64,000 bases of DNA from Zygnema circumcarinatum SAG 698-1b (taxonomy: Eukaryota > Plantae > Zygnematophyceae): the NCBI GenBank assembly GCA_037447605.1, contig CM074819.1:1820297-1884296 (forward strand). Direction: 5' to 3'. Shown here in pieces: positions 34,269 through 47,800 of this stretch; positions within the stretch are counted from its first letter, which is position 1, and each line of letters starts with the position of its first letter. Below the pieces are notes generated by a model. It did not search any database, was not told the DNA's origin, and saw only the letters and a list, made by a program, of their open reading frames with translations. A program made the translations under genes and the position numbers.

Positions 34269-37200
34269 ATGGGTGGCTTTGAGATTGAGCATTCAGCAGC
34301 CAGCCTTGTAGAGAATTACAATCTTGCAGTGGAGAAAGGTGACTTGAAAGAAGCTGCAGCTTCAGCAAACGCCCTTGGACACTTGCTAAAGAGGGAATGC
34401 AAGTGGAGTGAAGCCACAAAGTGGTTCAAAACAGACTACGAACTGTCATGCCAACTGTCAAAGGAACACGACCTGCCTGCAGCACTGAACAGTCTTGGCG
34501 ATATTTATCTCATTCAAAGAAAGTATGCGAAGGCTGAAAAATGGATGGTGAGTTCATTTGTGTGTGCGAGCGAGAGTTACTTGCAATCATTACTTCATTG
34601 ATTTCCTATCTATTGGACGTAAAATCGCACGACTCTGTCTCTTTCCCCTCCTTTCTTTCTCCCTCTCTTTCTCCTCTCTCTCTCGCTGTCTCTCTCGTTC
34701 CCTCTCGCTGTCTCTCTCGTTCCCTCTCGCTGTCTCCATCTCTCGCACTCTCTCTGAACATTGGATAGGAAACGTTCAAATTTGATGCAAGTTTTTTGAA
34801 CAAAACCTGTAAAAAATATCTCACGTTTTGCTTTCTCAAATCTTTGCAGAACAAGCATTTGAAGCTTGCGACGGAGGACTTACAGCTGCCGTTGGAGGAG
34901 CAGCGAGCAAGCACGCAGCTTACGCGATTGTATGCGGAGATCTATGAGGCGTCCGCCGACTGCAAGAATTTGATAAAAGCCAAGAAGTATTCCTTGAGAG
35001 CTTTGGAGCTTGCAGACAGACTGAGCCGCTTTACCAAATCATATGAGGAGCTTGCAAGCGCCTGTCTTAATGCTGGCTTCCTTGCTCTCTGCTCTGACGA
35101 TTACATTCGAGCTGAACAGCATCTCCTTCGGGCATTAGAGGTGCTTTTTTATACATTTTTCTTCCTTATGAATTTTAACGTTTCTGTTTGCGTAGGTCAC
35201 GCGTGCTTCAAGTTAATTTCAATCACAATTCAAATCACAGTATTGTAAAGCTAATATTTGATAACTTTGATTAGGATTTTGCCCACCCCAGATTCTTAAT
35301 GCTTATCAAAGGAAGTGCAGGAATGGTGTCCCTTGTGAAGGTCGATTATTGACTGTGTCTGAGATGACTGCAGATTTATGATAATGAGGAGCTTCACGAA
35401 CCGACTCTGAATTCACAAATTCATTTTAATCTTTCCCAGCTGTATAGAGTGACACTGAAAGAGGCGAAGGCTTTCAAGCACATCAACAAAGATATCAACA
35501 TCTGCAAACAGGATAAACTGACGCTGGATCTTGCCAAAGCCTATTTGGAAAAGGGATCACTTCATTTGTTTTCCCTCGAGAAAGACTTCAAAACTAACTT
35601 GGAAGCCGCTGAGGAGGTAGTCATTTGCTGCTGAAGTCCTGCGTGATTGTTCTGTGCGAGTTTTTCCTTCTTCGAGAAAGGGTCGACGGTTTTGAAGCTG
35701 TTTCTGTTTAATATGCAGGCCTACAAACGTGCTCGGGAGGCTGCGGAGCAGATAAAAAACGACGACCTCCGTACAAAGTGCGACGAAAATCTCGTTACGG
35801 TCAAACAAGCGTGGAAAGATTGGGAAACATTTATTTCTCTCCTTGCTCGGCAGAACGCCTTTAGACGGCGGAGCAGATCGAGGCAAGATACAATATCAAT
35901 CTCTCACTTTTTCCAAGAATGACAGGCTGCTTTGCTCTTGCAGATCTTTTTCAAAATGTGTGTATATATTGAGCATATGTTTTCCTACTTGGGATTATTT
36001 TCCTGGATCAGGACTTCAGAATTTTGGCTGCACGCTTTTAGTCTTTACCTTATTCTAGCATCCAATCATTTGTTATCAACTGGAAGTGAAAGCGAAAGTT
36101 GATTGAGTGTGCTTCTTTCTGGGTTTCTGCTGACAGTGGTCCACAGGAGAGGATAGAACTCCTCATGAACTGTGCGAGAATTCTACTTCACCTCGGAGAC
36201 TTAGCATATACTTTGGAGGCTTGGAAAAAGGTGGAACCGAAACCCTCTCTGCATGTTTCCTTCCGATTCCAGCAATTCACAAGCAGTTCCATTAAATTCA
36301 TAAAGCTTTCTTCATCTCACGACGAAATGGCTTACATCTGATGATTTGTATTCCCAGACGATTCTAGTTTTTTGATGAATTTTGAACCTGACGATTGTTC
36401 TCTGGTTGTCTCTTACTCTGTTTGAGCCCTTCATTGCTGTTGGTATTCTCTTATGTTCTTGGCATCTGATGGCATTGTGTCTTTCCTGCAGATGGTTGAA
36501 GTTTCCACTTTACTTAGGGAAGTGGCTGAGGAATTAAAACGGGTCAATCTCGTTATTTATTCTCGCCTCGATCTTGGATTGGCGCTGATGAAGCTGCGCG
36601 AATTTGGCAGAGCGCGTGAAGTGTATGGAGAAGCTCTAGTCAACTGCAAAGCGAAGTCGGATTTGGAGGTATGCATGAAAATCCAGGTTGATTTGCAAGC
36701 ATTTATCTAACTTTGTAGACAACTGTACGAGAGACTTGCACGTTTTTTTTTTAAGCTTGACAAGTTCTTTACATTACTGCATTTTTCATTGCATTATTTC
36801 TTTTACCTCAAACACGCTCCCTTTCTCCCTCGATCTCTCGCTCTCGCTCGTTACCTTTCATGTGCGTGTTTAATTATTGCACATTCGCGTTTTTCTATCG
36901 CACATACGTGCACTCATTTCTTAGCCGCAGCGTTATAGAAGGCGCTAAGAAATTCAAAATGATGTAGTTCCTTTGGACTGTCCAAACGTAAGGAACGGGC
37001 AGTTGTTGGTTTACAGGGGCAATGTGTAGCAAATATTGGTCTGGGGAGCACGAATGATCATGAAGGGAACTATGCAGAAGCTTTACGACATTACTGGGCC
37101 GCATTGAAGTAAGAAACGTCCATGTCTTTTCTGCCGTTCTTCAACCAAAATGCACTTCTGCATTCCCTTTTGGTTTTTTTAAGTGAGCCACACGGAAAAA

Positions 37201-40200
37201 TAGTGTAAGCATGTGCAGATTTCAAACTGGCAGTCGCCCTTTTTTTGAACGTGTTTTTGCTTGAACACATTTTGGAAATGCTGTTTGCGAAAACACAATA
37301 TTTCCTTTGATTTTCCTTGCTAACCTCGGATTCTGTTCGACATTCCCCGCTGAGAAGAATCCTTTCTGACATGCAACAAGTTTTTTTTGCTTCTGTTTCT
37401 TTGTTTTCTCCGTGTACTGCTGCAGTACAGCTCGACAGAGGGGTCCTGATGAGCTTTGCCAACTTCAGCTGGAAGCTGCAGAGAACATCCATTATGTCTA
37501 CCTTGTGAGATTAGCGGATGAGGAGAAAGTAAGGTTTGTTATAGTAGTCATCTATCCAAAGCGAGTCCACCAACCTGAGACTGTTTACTTACATGGTTTG
37601 CTTTCCTGACTACCACTGAGACTGATTGGGTATTTTACTGTTGATTGCATCCCGTAGTCAGTCAGATTAATCATTTATTTGGAGAACTCCGAATCTCCAG
37701 AAGCAATAAATTGCGTGCTGACTGTGTGCAGGGAGGCTCAACAACTGCTTGAAGGGATAAGGAAGCATAAAAAGGCAAAAGGTATGAATGTGAAGCAGCC
37801 TCCAGATGACACTTCCGGCAAACAATTTGGCTCCGAATTCCTTAATCCCGTGGATAGGAGCTTGAGATTTGCAGTGGAAAAGCCGACCTTTAATGCAGCA
37901 GCACTCGGAAACGGAGGAGATGCTGAACTGGTTGGGAGAGATGTTCTGGAAGAAATGCTGAATACAAGGGAGGTTGGGCGAACGATATACAGAGCGGGAA
38001 TGATAGGAATTGGACAAGGGAGAAATACCTCGCAACCCGGGACACGAATAGAGCAGATGGATACAGAGGCAAGCAGCAGCTCGGAGGAATTTACCGTGGA
38101 GGAGACTTCTGACAGCGAAACTGAGCAGGAAACGGAAAGGACAAAAGAAGGATATGTATTTGGAGCGAGACCAATTAGAAAGGAGAGTTTTAGTCCAGGA
38201 CAAGGTCATGTATCTGGAAATCAAAGAGTGAGATTGGGTCAAGAAGGAAGATCGGCAGTTAAAGCAGATAATCGGTCTCCCAGAGAGCTCTTGGATGAGT
38301 CAGAATCGCCAGAAATTGTTCCGGCAAAGCGAACAAATCATGTAGAGAGTAGGAAGAGGAAAATTCTTCTAGAAAGCGAAGAAGAGGAAGGAGAGGGAAA
38401 GGGAGAAGGTCAGCAGAATCCCAAAGGAACGACGATCGATGATGTATCTGGAAAACGTCGTTCTAAACCCGTCGGAGAAGGCTCTCTTACTAGTTCGCCT
38501 ACTCCGGGTTTTGAGAGAGAAACGAGAGGCGATATCCCGCTGTCAGCGATGGGAATTTCTGGGAATCCTCGTAACTCAAATGGAGCACAACAGACAGGAT
38601 TAACAGAAAGGCAATTTAGTCCAATAGTACCGAAAAACTTGTCTGAAACTCATGAGGAGTTGCGATTTCAGGGCCATGTTACGACAAGTCAGGATTGCCT
38701 CCCCAGTACTTCTGCTGCCCCACCAAGTAAAAGCACTGGGCGTGAAGGATGGGAAGGAAACTTCAAAACTGTTATTGTTGAAATTGAAGCACAACTGTTT
38801 AGGGTCCCCCTCAAGGATGCTACTGCTGCAGCCCGAACAGTTGGATGGCTTGCAGACCAATGTGCTCGAGTATTTTTCGAACATGATTCTCAAGGTAATA
38901 GCACTTCATTCCCTATTCCTTATGTCTTGCTTTTTTTTTCATTCGTGCTGCTTTTATCTGCGACTTGCTGGCAGTTCCTGTTCAACTCAATGGTGGTACT
39001 GATGATGATGAATTTTCATCATGATTGTTGATCGTAAATACGATAATTGTGATGATGATGCTTAAATGATTTTCAGTCAAGCTGCATTGCAATGCTGAAC
39101 GCGTGCCTTTGAGATAATCCCAGTTTCCCAGACCTCTTTGGTATTTTCTTGCTAATCATGTTGGTGTCGGCACAGGTGGCCGGTGGCCCGGATTGAAGCT
39201 GTCCTACCAGGGAGTGAATCTGGATTCTGAACAAAGTCTGGAAGAACTTTTCACGATGATGAATACTCAACATGTTTTGAAGGCGAAAGTCACTAGTGAG
39301 TGTCAAACAATCTAATCCATTCTGTGGAGTAGGGGCAAAAGGTCTCCATAGCCATAGATTTGCAGTAATGCGGAGCTTGACGGCTTTCTATTGTGTAGTG
39401 CAGAATGGACTCTCGAACATAATCTTCCTCTGCGCGATCTCTATGTCGTTTCTTGTCATGACATCAATCGCAAAGTTCATCAGGGTATCTTGAACCATGC
39501 CAAGGTAAACAGAGAGAGAGAGAGAGTCTCCTCCTGCAAACAAGGAAAAACGAGAGGGAGAGAGAGAGGGGAATCCCCTCGTGCAACCAAGGTAGAGAGA
39601 GTGAGAGAATTAGAGTCCCCTGATGCAACCAAGGTAAACACAGAGAAAGAGAGTCCTCACATGTAACCAAGGGAAACAGAGAGAGGGAACGAAAGAGAGA
39701 GTACTCTCATGCAACCAAGGTGAATAGTGAGGGAGAGCGCATGCAACGATCCTTCTTTTGCAGCTACAGGTTTTAGAATCATGGTCTAGCTGGGACAAGG
39801 TTTGGAATTTCTTATTTCTGCTGGATGCTGCTTGGTTGAGTAGAATGCAGGAGACATGGCAGTAGTCGGTCACGCATTGGAGGAGCAGGATGTGCAGCCA
39901 CTTCTACGAGCCATACGTCGAAGTTCTGTAACTCCAACGTCGTTGAACCTTTCTCACAATGCTCTTGGTAAGTAATCTCGTCTATCAATGCGGTTCAGTC
40001 CAAATCATTTCTGGAAAAAAGAGAATGCATCGCTTGCCGCGAAGGCTAGCAAACTATTGTACCAGGCCTTAAGATGCACACGATGTGATGCATGATGCAA
40101 CATTATGAAGTTTACTTAAATGCATTAACCAACAATCATGTTTTCGTTCTGGAGCAGTCCGTGATTTCGGGTATTGCGTTGTGAAGCGGTCTGTTTTGTT

Positions 40201-43200
40201 AGTGCCCAAATTTGCAGTTTTAAAAAACTTCTATGACCAATTCATGATTGAAGTTTAGCAGACCGAGCTGAAACTACTCCTCACTGCTCAGTCACAAGTG
40301 CTCATAAGTTTTCGAAGTTTGCATATTGGGTTGCAGGTGATTCAACCATACTCTGCATTTCCGAAGTGATTGAAGACATGAAACAGGAAACACTCAGCCT
40401 TAACCTCGATCTGCACTGCAACAACCTCAGTATCAGTTCTTTAGGTCTGGTGAGTATCAAATGCAACCAGGAAAAGCTGTGCATGTGTGAAAGTGTCATG
40501 TTTTCGTGATATTTCCGACTAGTAGGAGCTAACCTGCAAACTTGAATGTTTGAAATGCATGTGGAACTGATGCAGCTGGCAACTTCTACCGTCACCATGA
40601 TGCGATTAGAAGTGTTGGACCTTTCTGGAAACCTGCTGGGTGATGGAGGATCGAGAGCACTCTCACATTTGCTGAGTAAAGCAACAGGTCAGGCCTCACT
40701 ACTTTTTCCAGATATTGGAAGACCCAGTTTGGGCATCAAGACAGTACTCCTTTTTACTATCGGTCTAACTTATTAACAGTCTATGCATGACATTGCCGGA
40801 AACATGAAAGGTAAACAAAGGCCTTTCCCCCCTGCTTTTGGTGATGACAGAGTTACGGCATCTAGCATTGCAGAGATGCGGTATTGGTGAGCGTACAATA
40901 TCAGACATTGCACGGATTTTGCCAATATCATCTCCTCTCATGAAGCTCAAACTAGGTATGTATTCCATGTATACATTCCTTGCAATTCTCTTTCGAGCAA
41001 TATGTTACACGGTGTTTTTGGATATACTGTGTTCAAGAATGATTGCACCCCACGAACTCTGGTGAAGGAGTCCCTGTATCGCTTTGGTCACTTTGTACTT
41101 TGTACGTTGTTCAAAGTACTTTCAAACATGCTCTTAACCATCCAGATTGACCCAATGGATAAATCAAGAATACAGATACAAATACAGCAATAGGACCAGA
41201 AAATGCCAAAGCGTTGTATGGACGCAATTGTACGGATCTACTTCAGGTTTTTGCGGCTTTGGTTCTTATTCAAGCAGTTATGGCTGCTTACAGGCTATAA
41301 TCAGGTTGTACCGGATACGGTGTGGGAGTCCCTGACGGAAAAACTGCTTCACTTGAAGGGGTGAGTGTAGCAATTCGCCAAATGCCTCCGGCTTACATAG
41401 TAATTCTGTTTTTCAGAGTTCAATGGTTTTGGGTTTATTGAAAAATTTTAGAGGTTAGAGTACGTGTTGAAGAGAGGTGATTTCACTAAGGGACATTCTT
41501 TGTCAATATTTTATTACAGAGGAATCTCTATCTCCTTTACCCAAGCTGTATGTAGGTATTGAGTTTATTGGCGTATGTCCTGCCAATTTTGTTTGTTGGC
41601 TGATTGTCTGCTGATACTCTCTATGTTGCATAAGCAATTCTGGCAAGTACCTTAATTGCATACTTCTGATTATGTTGTTCAAAGGCCTGTCACTGACATC
41701 CTTTTCGTATTATGAGGTGGTTCGCAGCTTTAAAGAGCTGGACATTGCTGGAATGAAGGTTGGAAATGTTGGAGTACGAGCTATTGCTAAGCTTCTAGAG
41801 AGTTCTCAGAGTTTTTCCGCCCTTCACATGGGCTGGAACACTCTAGTGGAGGTGATATTCTACCTTAATCCAAATGCTCGCTCTTTGTTGCTGTGACGAT
41901 TAGAGAGACGGCAACAAGTAGAATGCGAGAGGGTGATAAAGAGAGTCTCCTTGCTCTCTTTTCAGGCTGCCCAATCTGTTTGCAGAAACAGATGTCTAAG
42001 TTATGTGTCAGGGCAACAATGAGAAAGGGTGAAAAGGATCGGTTTTCCTCAGGCATTGGGATAAGCGAATATGAGGGTTGCAGGACGATGTAACTGAACT
42101 TGCAAAAGGGATATCTTCATCAGCCGGACATCTCTCATTGGTGGACCTTTCTGCCTGTGATATCCACGTTACTTATAGTGATGCTCTCCTCACGAAGCTG
42201 CTGCAGTTGAGCAAACTGACGGTTCTAGTGTTGAGTGAGAATCCAATTGAAGCAAAGGTACACCCCTTCTAAATGCAGAGATTGTTTGCACCGTTTTAAT
42301 GAGTCATACTAAAGGAACCTGAGAAGCAGCGTTTCAGTATCTAACGATGATATTTAGGAAGCTTTATGACTTCATCCAAGGAGCACTGCTTAGGGTGTTT
42401 TATGAGGCTTGCATGAGGCTTGAATAGGTACGTGAAGGGGCTGCTTGATCAGCATGTCATATGGCAGTCTTTTGATGCATGCATTGTGTTTGGCGGTTTA
42501 CTATCTCCTTACCTATCTTGTTGGTAATCTAAATGTTTACCAGTTGAAATCTGACTGTATTGTGCAGGGCAGTAAAGAGATTGCGGCTGCTCTTCGGAAA
42601 GGTGGATGCTCCCTGCAGCGCCTCATCCTCGCTAACTGTGGTTTAGAGCATCGCGGAATTTTGGATATACTAGAATCTTTATCAGGTGATTGACAAGCAC
42701 TCTCTCTGTCTCTCTCTCTCGCTCTCTCTATCCCCCTCTTCCATCGCCACTCTGAAGGTCGGCAGTTCGGATGTCAAAGAACTTGAGTTTAGAGCAGTGA
42801 TATCCAGTATACATTGGTTAACCCAATTCTTTACGTTGACTAACCAATTTTATTGGCGGGTGGGGCCGGCGTTCAGGCAATACGGTCCTGGAAGTCCTTA
42901 ATCTTGCTGCAAATTTGAGCTCTTCTAGTTTGGTCACATATGCTACCACTCCCAAACCTAATGTTGACACCCAGAAAAAGTCAGTCGTTGAACAATCTCC
43001 ATCCAATACGTGGGGCAGCGGGCAACAAACAAAGAAAAAAAAATCTCTCATCGACATCTTTTTGGGAAGTGGAGTGGGTTTTGGGGAAAGTTTAGAGGAG
43101 GAAGAAAGCACAAGGCCTCAAGAGGGTGCTGTTGCTGAGAGTGCTGAAACTGAAATAGCGGAAGACAGTGAGGAGCAAGAGCGCATGCAAGGGGAGGTAG

Positions 43201-44045
43201 GGAGGTCTCAAGGGGAGGAGGAGGAGGAAAGGGAGAAGGACAAAACTGTCGGTGGACGTACAACGCACTCCTTTCCGGGTACGTTAAGCAATGCTCAGCC
43301 ACTATTCAAGACGAATCCCAGTACCTTGTCTTCTTCAGGGCATGTTAAGGGCACCATAGATTCGCTATGGAACACTAGGAGCACCATGCAGCAGCAGCAA
43401 GAGAAGCAGCGAGAGAAGCAGGAGGAGAAGGTTGTAGAAAGTCTGCAGAAGGAAGAGAGGAAAGGAGAGGGGAGAGAGGGCTCCTACGATAAGGCCCGCC
43501 AGGGAAACAGTGTGGAGGCTCTTTCTACGGAAGGCCTCTCACTGCCGAGGGAAGTTAGACCCTCTGGTGAAGAAGGGCAGAGGGGTCAAGTTATATTAGA
43601 GAATAGGGAACCTGAGAGTCGGCTTTCAGGGGGGTTCCATTGCCATAATATGGAGGCAGGTGGTGCAGAGCAAAGAGGCATAGAGTCAGGACGTGGGGTC
43701 CAGTGCCTCCTACAATGGCCTGTGGGAGAGCTTGTGATGGGTGGTAGTATGAGGCGGGCCGCTTTAGAGGGAGAGTGCCTCCTGGGGGATGCCTGTTCCC
43801 TCTTGAGTATGAGGCGGCTGAGTGCAGGGAGGGGAGGTGGCAGGGGTAGTAGTAGACAGTTTGGTGAGGGGTTGAAGAGAGAACGGGAGGTGAGTGGGAA
43901 TGAGAGAGAGGAGGAGAGGGAGACCTTCTTGGAGAGGGTTATGGCTGCCGTTAGTGCGGCTAAGGGGTTGACCATCCTTGACCTGAGCTGGAACGGATTC
44001 TCTCAAGAAGATGTACGGAGGTTGCAAGAGGCTGTAGGAGAGTGA
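34269..44045 (+). CDS. TSK: TONSOKU/BRU1/MGO3 (TONSL orthologue): TPR - acidic linker - UBL-like - LRR, multi-exon
   Basis: N-terminus [55 protein letters not shown]; UBL-like [27 protein letters not shown]; RNI-like LRRs ([39 protein letters not shown]). Confidence 0.9.
39498..39725 (+). repeat. Approx. 42-bp tandem array (6 units) copying the exon/intron junction CAAG|GT in TONSOKU
   Basis: Units GCAACCAAGG(T/G/A)..GAGAGAG..GTC(C)CCTC repeated from the donor at 39504/39505. Confidence 0.8.
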
Positions 44046-44860
44046 CATGGGAGAAAGAGGAAATGAACCAATCTTTTTCATCCGCTATTGTACACTGCCT
44101 CTCTCGCTCTCTCCCTCTCGCTTCTCTCTCCCTCTCCCTGCCCTGTTCCTCCCTCTTTCTACATCTCCCTCTCCTTCCCCTCTACTCCCTCTTCCTCTTC
44201 TCTCCTCTCCCACTACCTTCACCTCTTCGCCACCGCCCCACTTTTTCTCTCCTTCCTCCCCCTCTTCCCCCCCCCCCCGACACACATCGCCTACATTCAC
44301 TCGGACACATACCTACACAAGCTAAACTTTAAGCCTCGACATGGGGACCAGCAAACCAATGAAAATCAATTTTTATGTCCTCACTGATTCGACTCTACTG
44401 AACATTTGTTATAATCCACGCATTTTCAATCAATAGTTGAATGCGGCTCTCGCATGTGTCGAGTTGATCCGCCGTTGCGTTCTACAAATCCCCCATGGGC
44501 AAGCAGACCATGCCCATGTCCATGTAATTTACATCTCCCGCCTCACATCAAGCCACTAGTCCACAACTACGCCCCAGAATTCACCAATGTGGCAAATTGA
44601 GTGTCAAGAATCCCGCCGCTTTGCTTGTACACCCCCCTCTCCCCTCCCTCCATTTTACGTGTACTTTCTAGGGTTTTTAGGTTTTAACCCCCCTCTCCCC
44701 TCCCTTCATTTTACGTGTACTTTCTAGGGTTTTTAGGGTTTAACCCCCCTCTCCCTATCTCCCTTCCCCCCCTCCCTCCATGGGGCGTAGGGACCCTAAA
44801 CCTAAAGCCCCATAAAAGAATTGTTTCTCGGCTTTGTTTGTTTGAAGTCCCTTTTCCCTA

Positions 44861-47800
44861 TCACCAGCCCACGTAGTGCGCGTACTCCGTGTACGGCCCC
44901 GCCTGCAGGCCGATGGGCGCACGCAGGAGCGCGTCAGGAATGGCGAACGCGTCCACGAGCTCGCCCGCCGCTCCTCGCGCCGCGTGGCAGAGGACCTCCA
45001 CCTGCCGGTGGATAGCCTGGGAGAGGCCGCGCCCACAGACGCAATGTCAGTAGCGCTCTCTCTCTCTCTCTCGCTTTCCCTCTCTCCCTCTCTACCCCTT
45101 TCCACATCTTTTTTCCCTCGCTTCCCCTCTCCTTCTCTCCCCCTCTCCCCCTCTCTTTTCCCTCTCTTCCAGTCTCCTTCTCTCCCCATCTTTCCCTCTC
45201 TTGCCATCTCCCTCTCTCCTTCTCTCTTTCTTCCTCTCTTCCTCTCTCCACTCCCCTTCCCCTTCCCCCCTCCCCCCTCCCCCCCTCCAGCCCTTTCCCC
45301 TCCTCTTTCCTCTCCCCCCTCCCTCCCCCCTCCCCAGTCCCCCCTCCCCCCTCCCTCCCCTCCCGTCCCCCTCCCCCTCCCCCCTCCCCCCTCCCTCCCC
45401 TCCCCTCCCCCTCCTCTGTTCTCTCCCCCCTCCCTCCCCCCTCCCCAGCCCCCCCTCCCCCCTCCCCCCTCCTCTTTCCTCTCCCCCCTCCCTCCACCTC
45501 CCCCCTCCCCCCTCCCCTCCCTCCCTCCCCCAAGTTGGCACCTTTGCTTTGTTGGGAGCGACATAGTCCTCATTGCGGTACGTTCCGATGTCCTTCCAAA
45601 TGCGTTCGAGGGCGTAGAGGTCGCAGAGGAGCTTCAGGGCCTTTTGGCTCTCCTTGTCTTCGCACCTGCGGGCCGACATAGAACCACCCCTCAGTTAAAC
45701 TGTACACCAGTTTAGCTGCAACTGAACATCAGCTTAACACATGGAACCCCAAACCCCGAAATCGGTTTACTTGCAGCACATGGTATGCCGCCGTACTCAA
45801 ACCAGCGGCTAAAGTCAATAAACTAATCATTGCCTTTTCCTTCTTGCATGAAAAAGGGTCTCAATTTCTTCACCATTCCCCAAGTTTGCCATGATCTTCC
45901 CTTTCCCCATTTATAAGCAACACTCAGTTCATTTCGGTTTCAAATGTTTGCCTCTCTTTACAAACCAAACCACAGATTAAAAGGATTAGGGGTTTTGTGC
46001 TCTTACTTTTCGTAGCATTCAATGAACCTGGCCAAAATAACGGACTCTATGTGCGATTCCGCTAACATGAGGAGGTGATTCAAACAGCGGTTCCATGCTC
46101 CAAAGCTGCCGAGCCTCCTCGAGTGTTTCCGTAAACGGAGTGCCGCTGTATGCAACAGTTTCGCTGTTCGGTACTGAACCCCCAAATCCAATACCTCCAT
46201 TCTGTCAGCAAATCCTTCTTACTTTATTAAATTTCACTTTAAAAAAAGGAAGAAAGGGAAGGGGGGAGAGGAAGAAGGGTGGAGGGGGGGGGGAAAGGAA
46301 ATGCATGAAAGTGATGGTTTCTATGTGGTGGTTCCGTTTACCCGGAACGCGTCCAACTGAAACTGAGGATCCCTGAGATGGGACTGCCCCTCGCGATGTG
46401 TCACCACGGGATTGGTCTGCGCCAAATAGGTGCCCATCGATTCACGGAGATAGTTCCACGTAACGGTTAACGGTCCAGCAGAGAACTTCTCTTTGTACTG
46501 CTTCAAAAGATCGGCCGCCACCTGTGAAAATGCGATAAACCGGAAACCACAAACTAAGCTTTTAAAATTATGGGCTTAAGGGAGGAACAAAAAAGGATAA
46601 TAATAGCTGCTCTGCATCATCCCTTCATCGACTGCACTCACAAACATTAGGGGAAGTCTAAACCTTCTGAAACACAACCTCCCCCCCCCCTCAAAAAAAA
46701 AAAAAAAAAGGAAAAGGGTAATACGAATGGCCTCTACTGTACACCATCCCTTCCTTTCTCAATAATCTTCAGCCTACTTTAGAGTCCCTTTCCTTTCCCT
46801 CCTAAAGACCCAAAAGAGAGAGAGAGAAGGTCCTACCTGCTGCAAGAGAACGGTGTTGTCGCCCTCAAAGGTTTGAAATATATCGTGGTCGTTGCGCATA
46901 ATTCCAAAGCGGTTCACCGCCGCATAGCCGTGCCCACCACAGCACTCTCTATAAGGAGAAGAAAACAAAGAGAAGAACGATGATGATCAATACAAAAATA
47001 ATACTAAGAAACACTTCCTCAGAGCGCGCTCTCTCTCTCTCTCCGTCTCTCTGCGCTCCCCCTCTCCTGACACTTCCATGCCTGCCCGCCAAAAAAGTCC
47101 TTTCTTCCCTGATCCTTTTGCTTCGCTCATATTTTCCGTCTCTCGCTCTCCCCAGCCCGACAATTCCCGCTACCCCTCCCCCCCCCTTCCCACCTCTAAC
47201 ACTTCTTCTCTTCTCTTCTTCTGTCTCCCTCTCCCCCTACCCTCCTTCCCTCTCCTACCTCTCCCTCCTTCCTTCCTTCCTTCCCTTTTCTCCCTCTCCC
47301 CACTTCCCCTTTTCCTCTCTCGCTCTTTCCGACCCTCTCCCCCGTCTCCCCCCCTCTCTCTACCACCCCTCACTCTCCCCCCCCCGCTCTCTACCCCCCT
47401 ATCTCCCTCCCTCTCTCTACCCCCCCTCCCCCCTCCTTCCTTCCCCCCACACTTTCCCCTCCCCTACCCTCCCTCCCTCCCTTTCTCTGCACCCCCCTCC
47501 CCCTCCCCTCTCTCTCTCCCCCTCCCCCTCCCCTCTCCCTCTCCCTCCCCCTCCCCCTCCCCATCCCCCTCCCCTCTCCCTCTCCCTCCCCCTCCCCCTC
47601 CCCCTCTCCCTCCCCCTCCCCCTCTCCCTCCCTACCTGCACGTGCTCAGCGCCTTCTGCGTGTACGACGTGACGTAGCTCTTGAGCCCCGCCGAGAGCGC
47701 ATGCACATCCGCCACTAGTGCCTCCTCCCCCGTCTTCTTCATGAGCGCATATTTGGTCACCAAATGTTCGGCGGCGAAGTGGAAGGCGTAGCAGGAGGCC

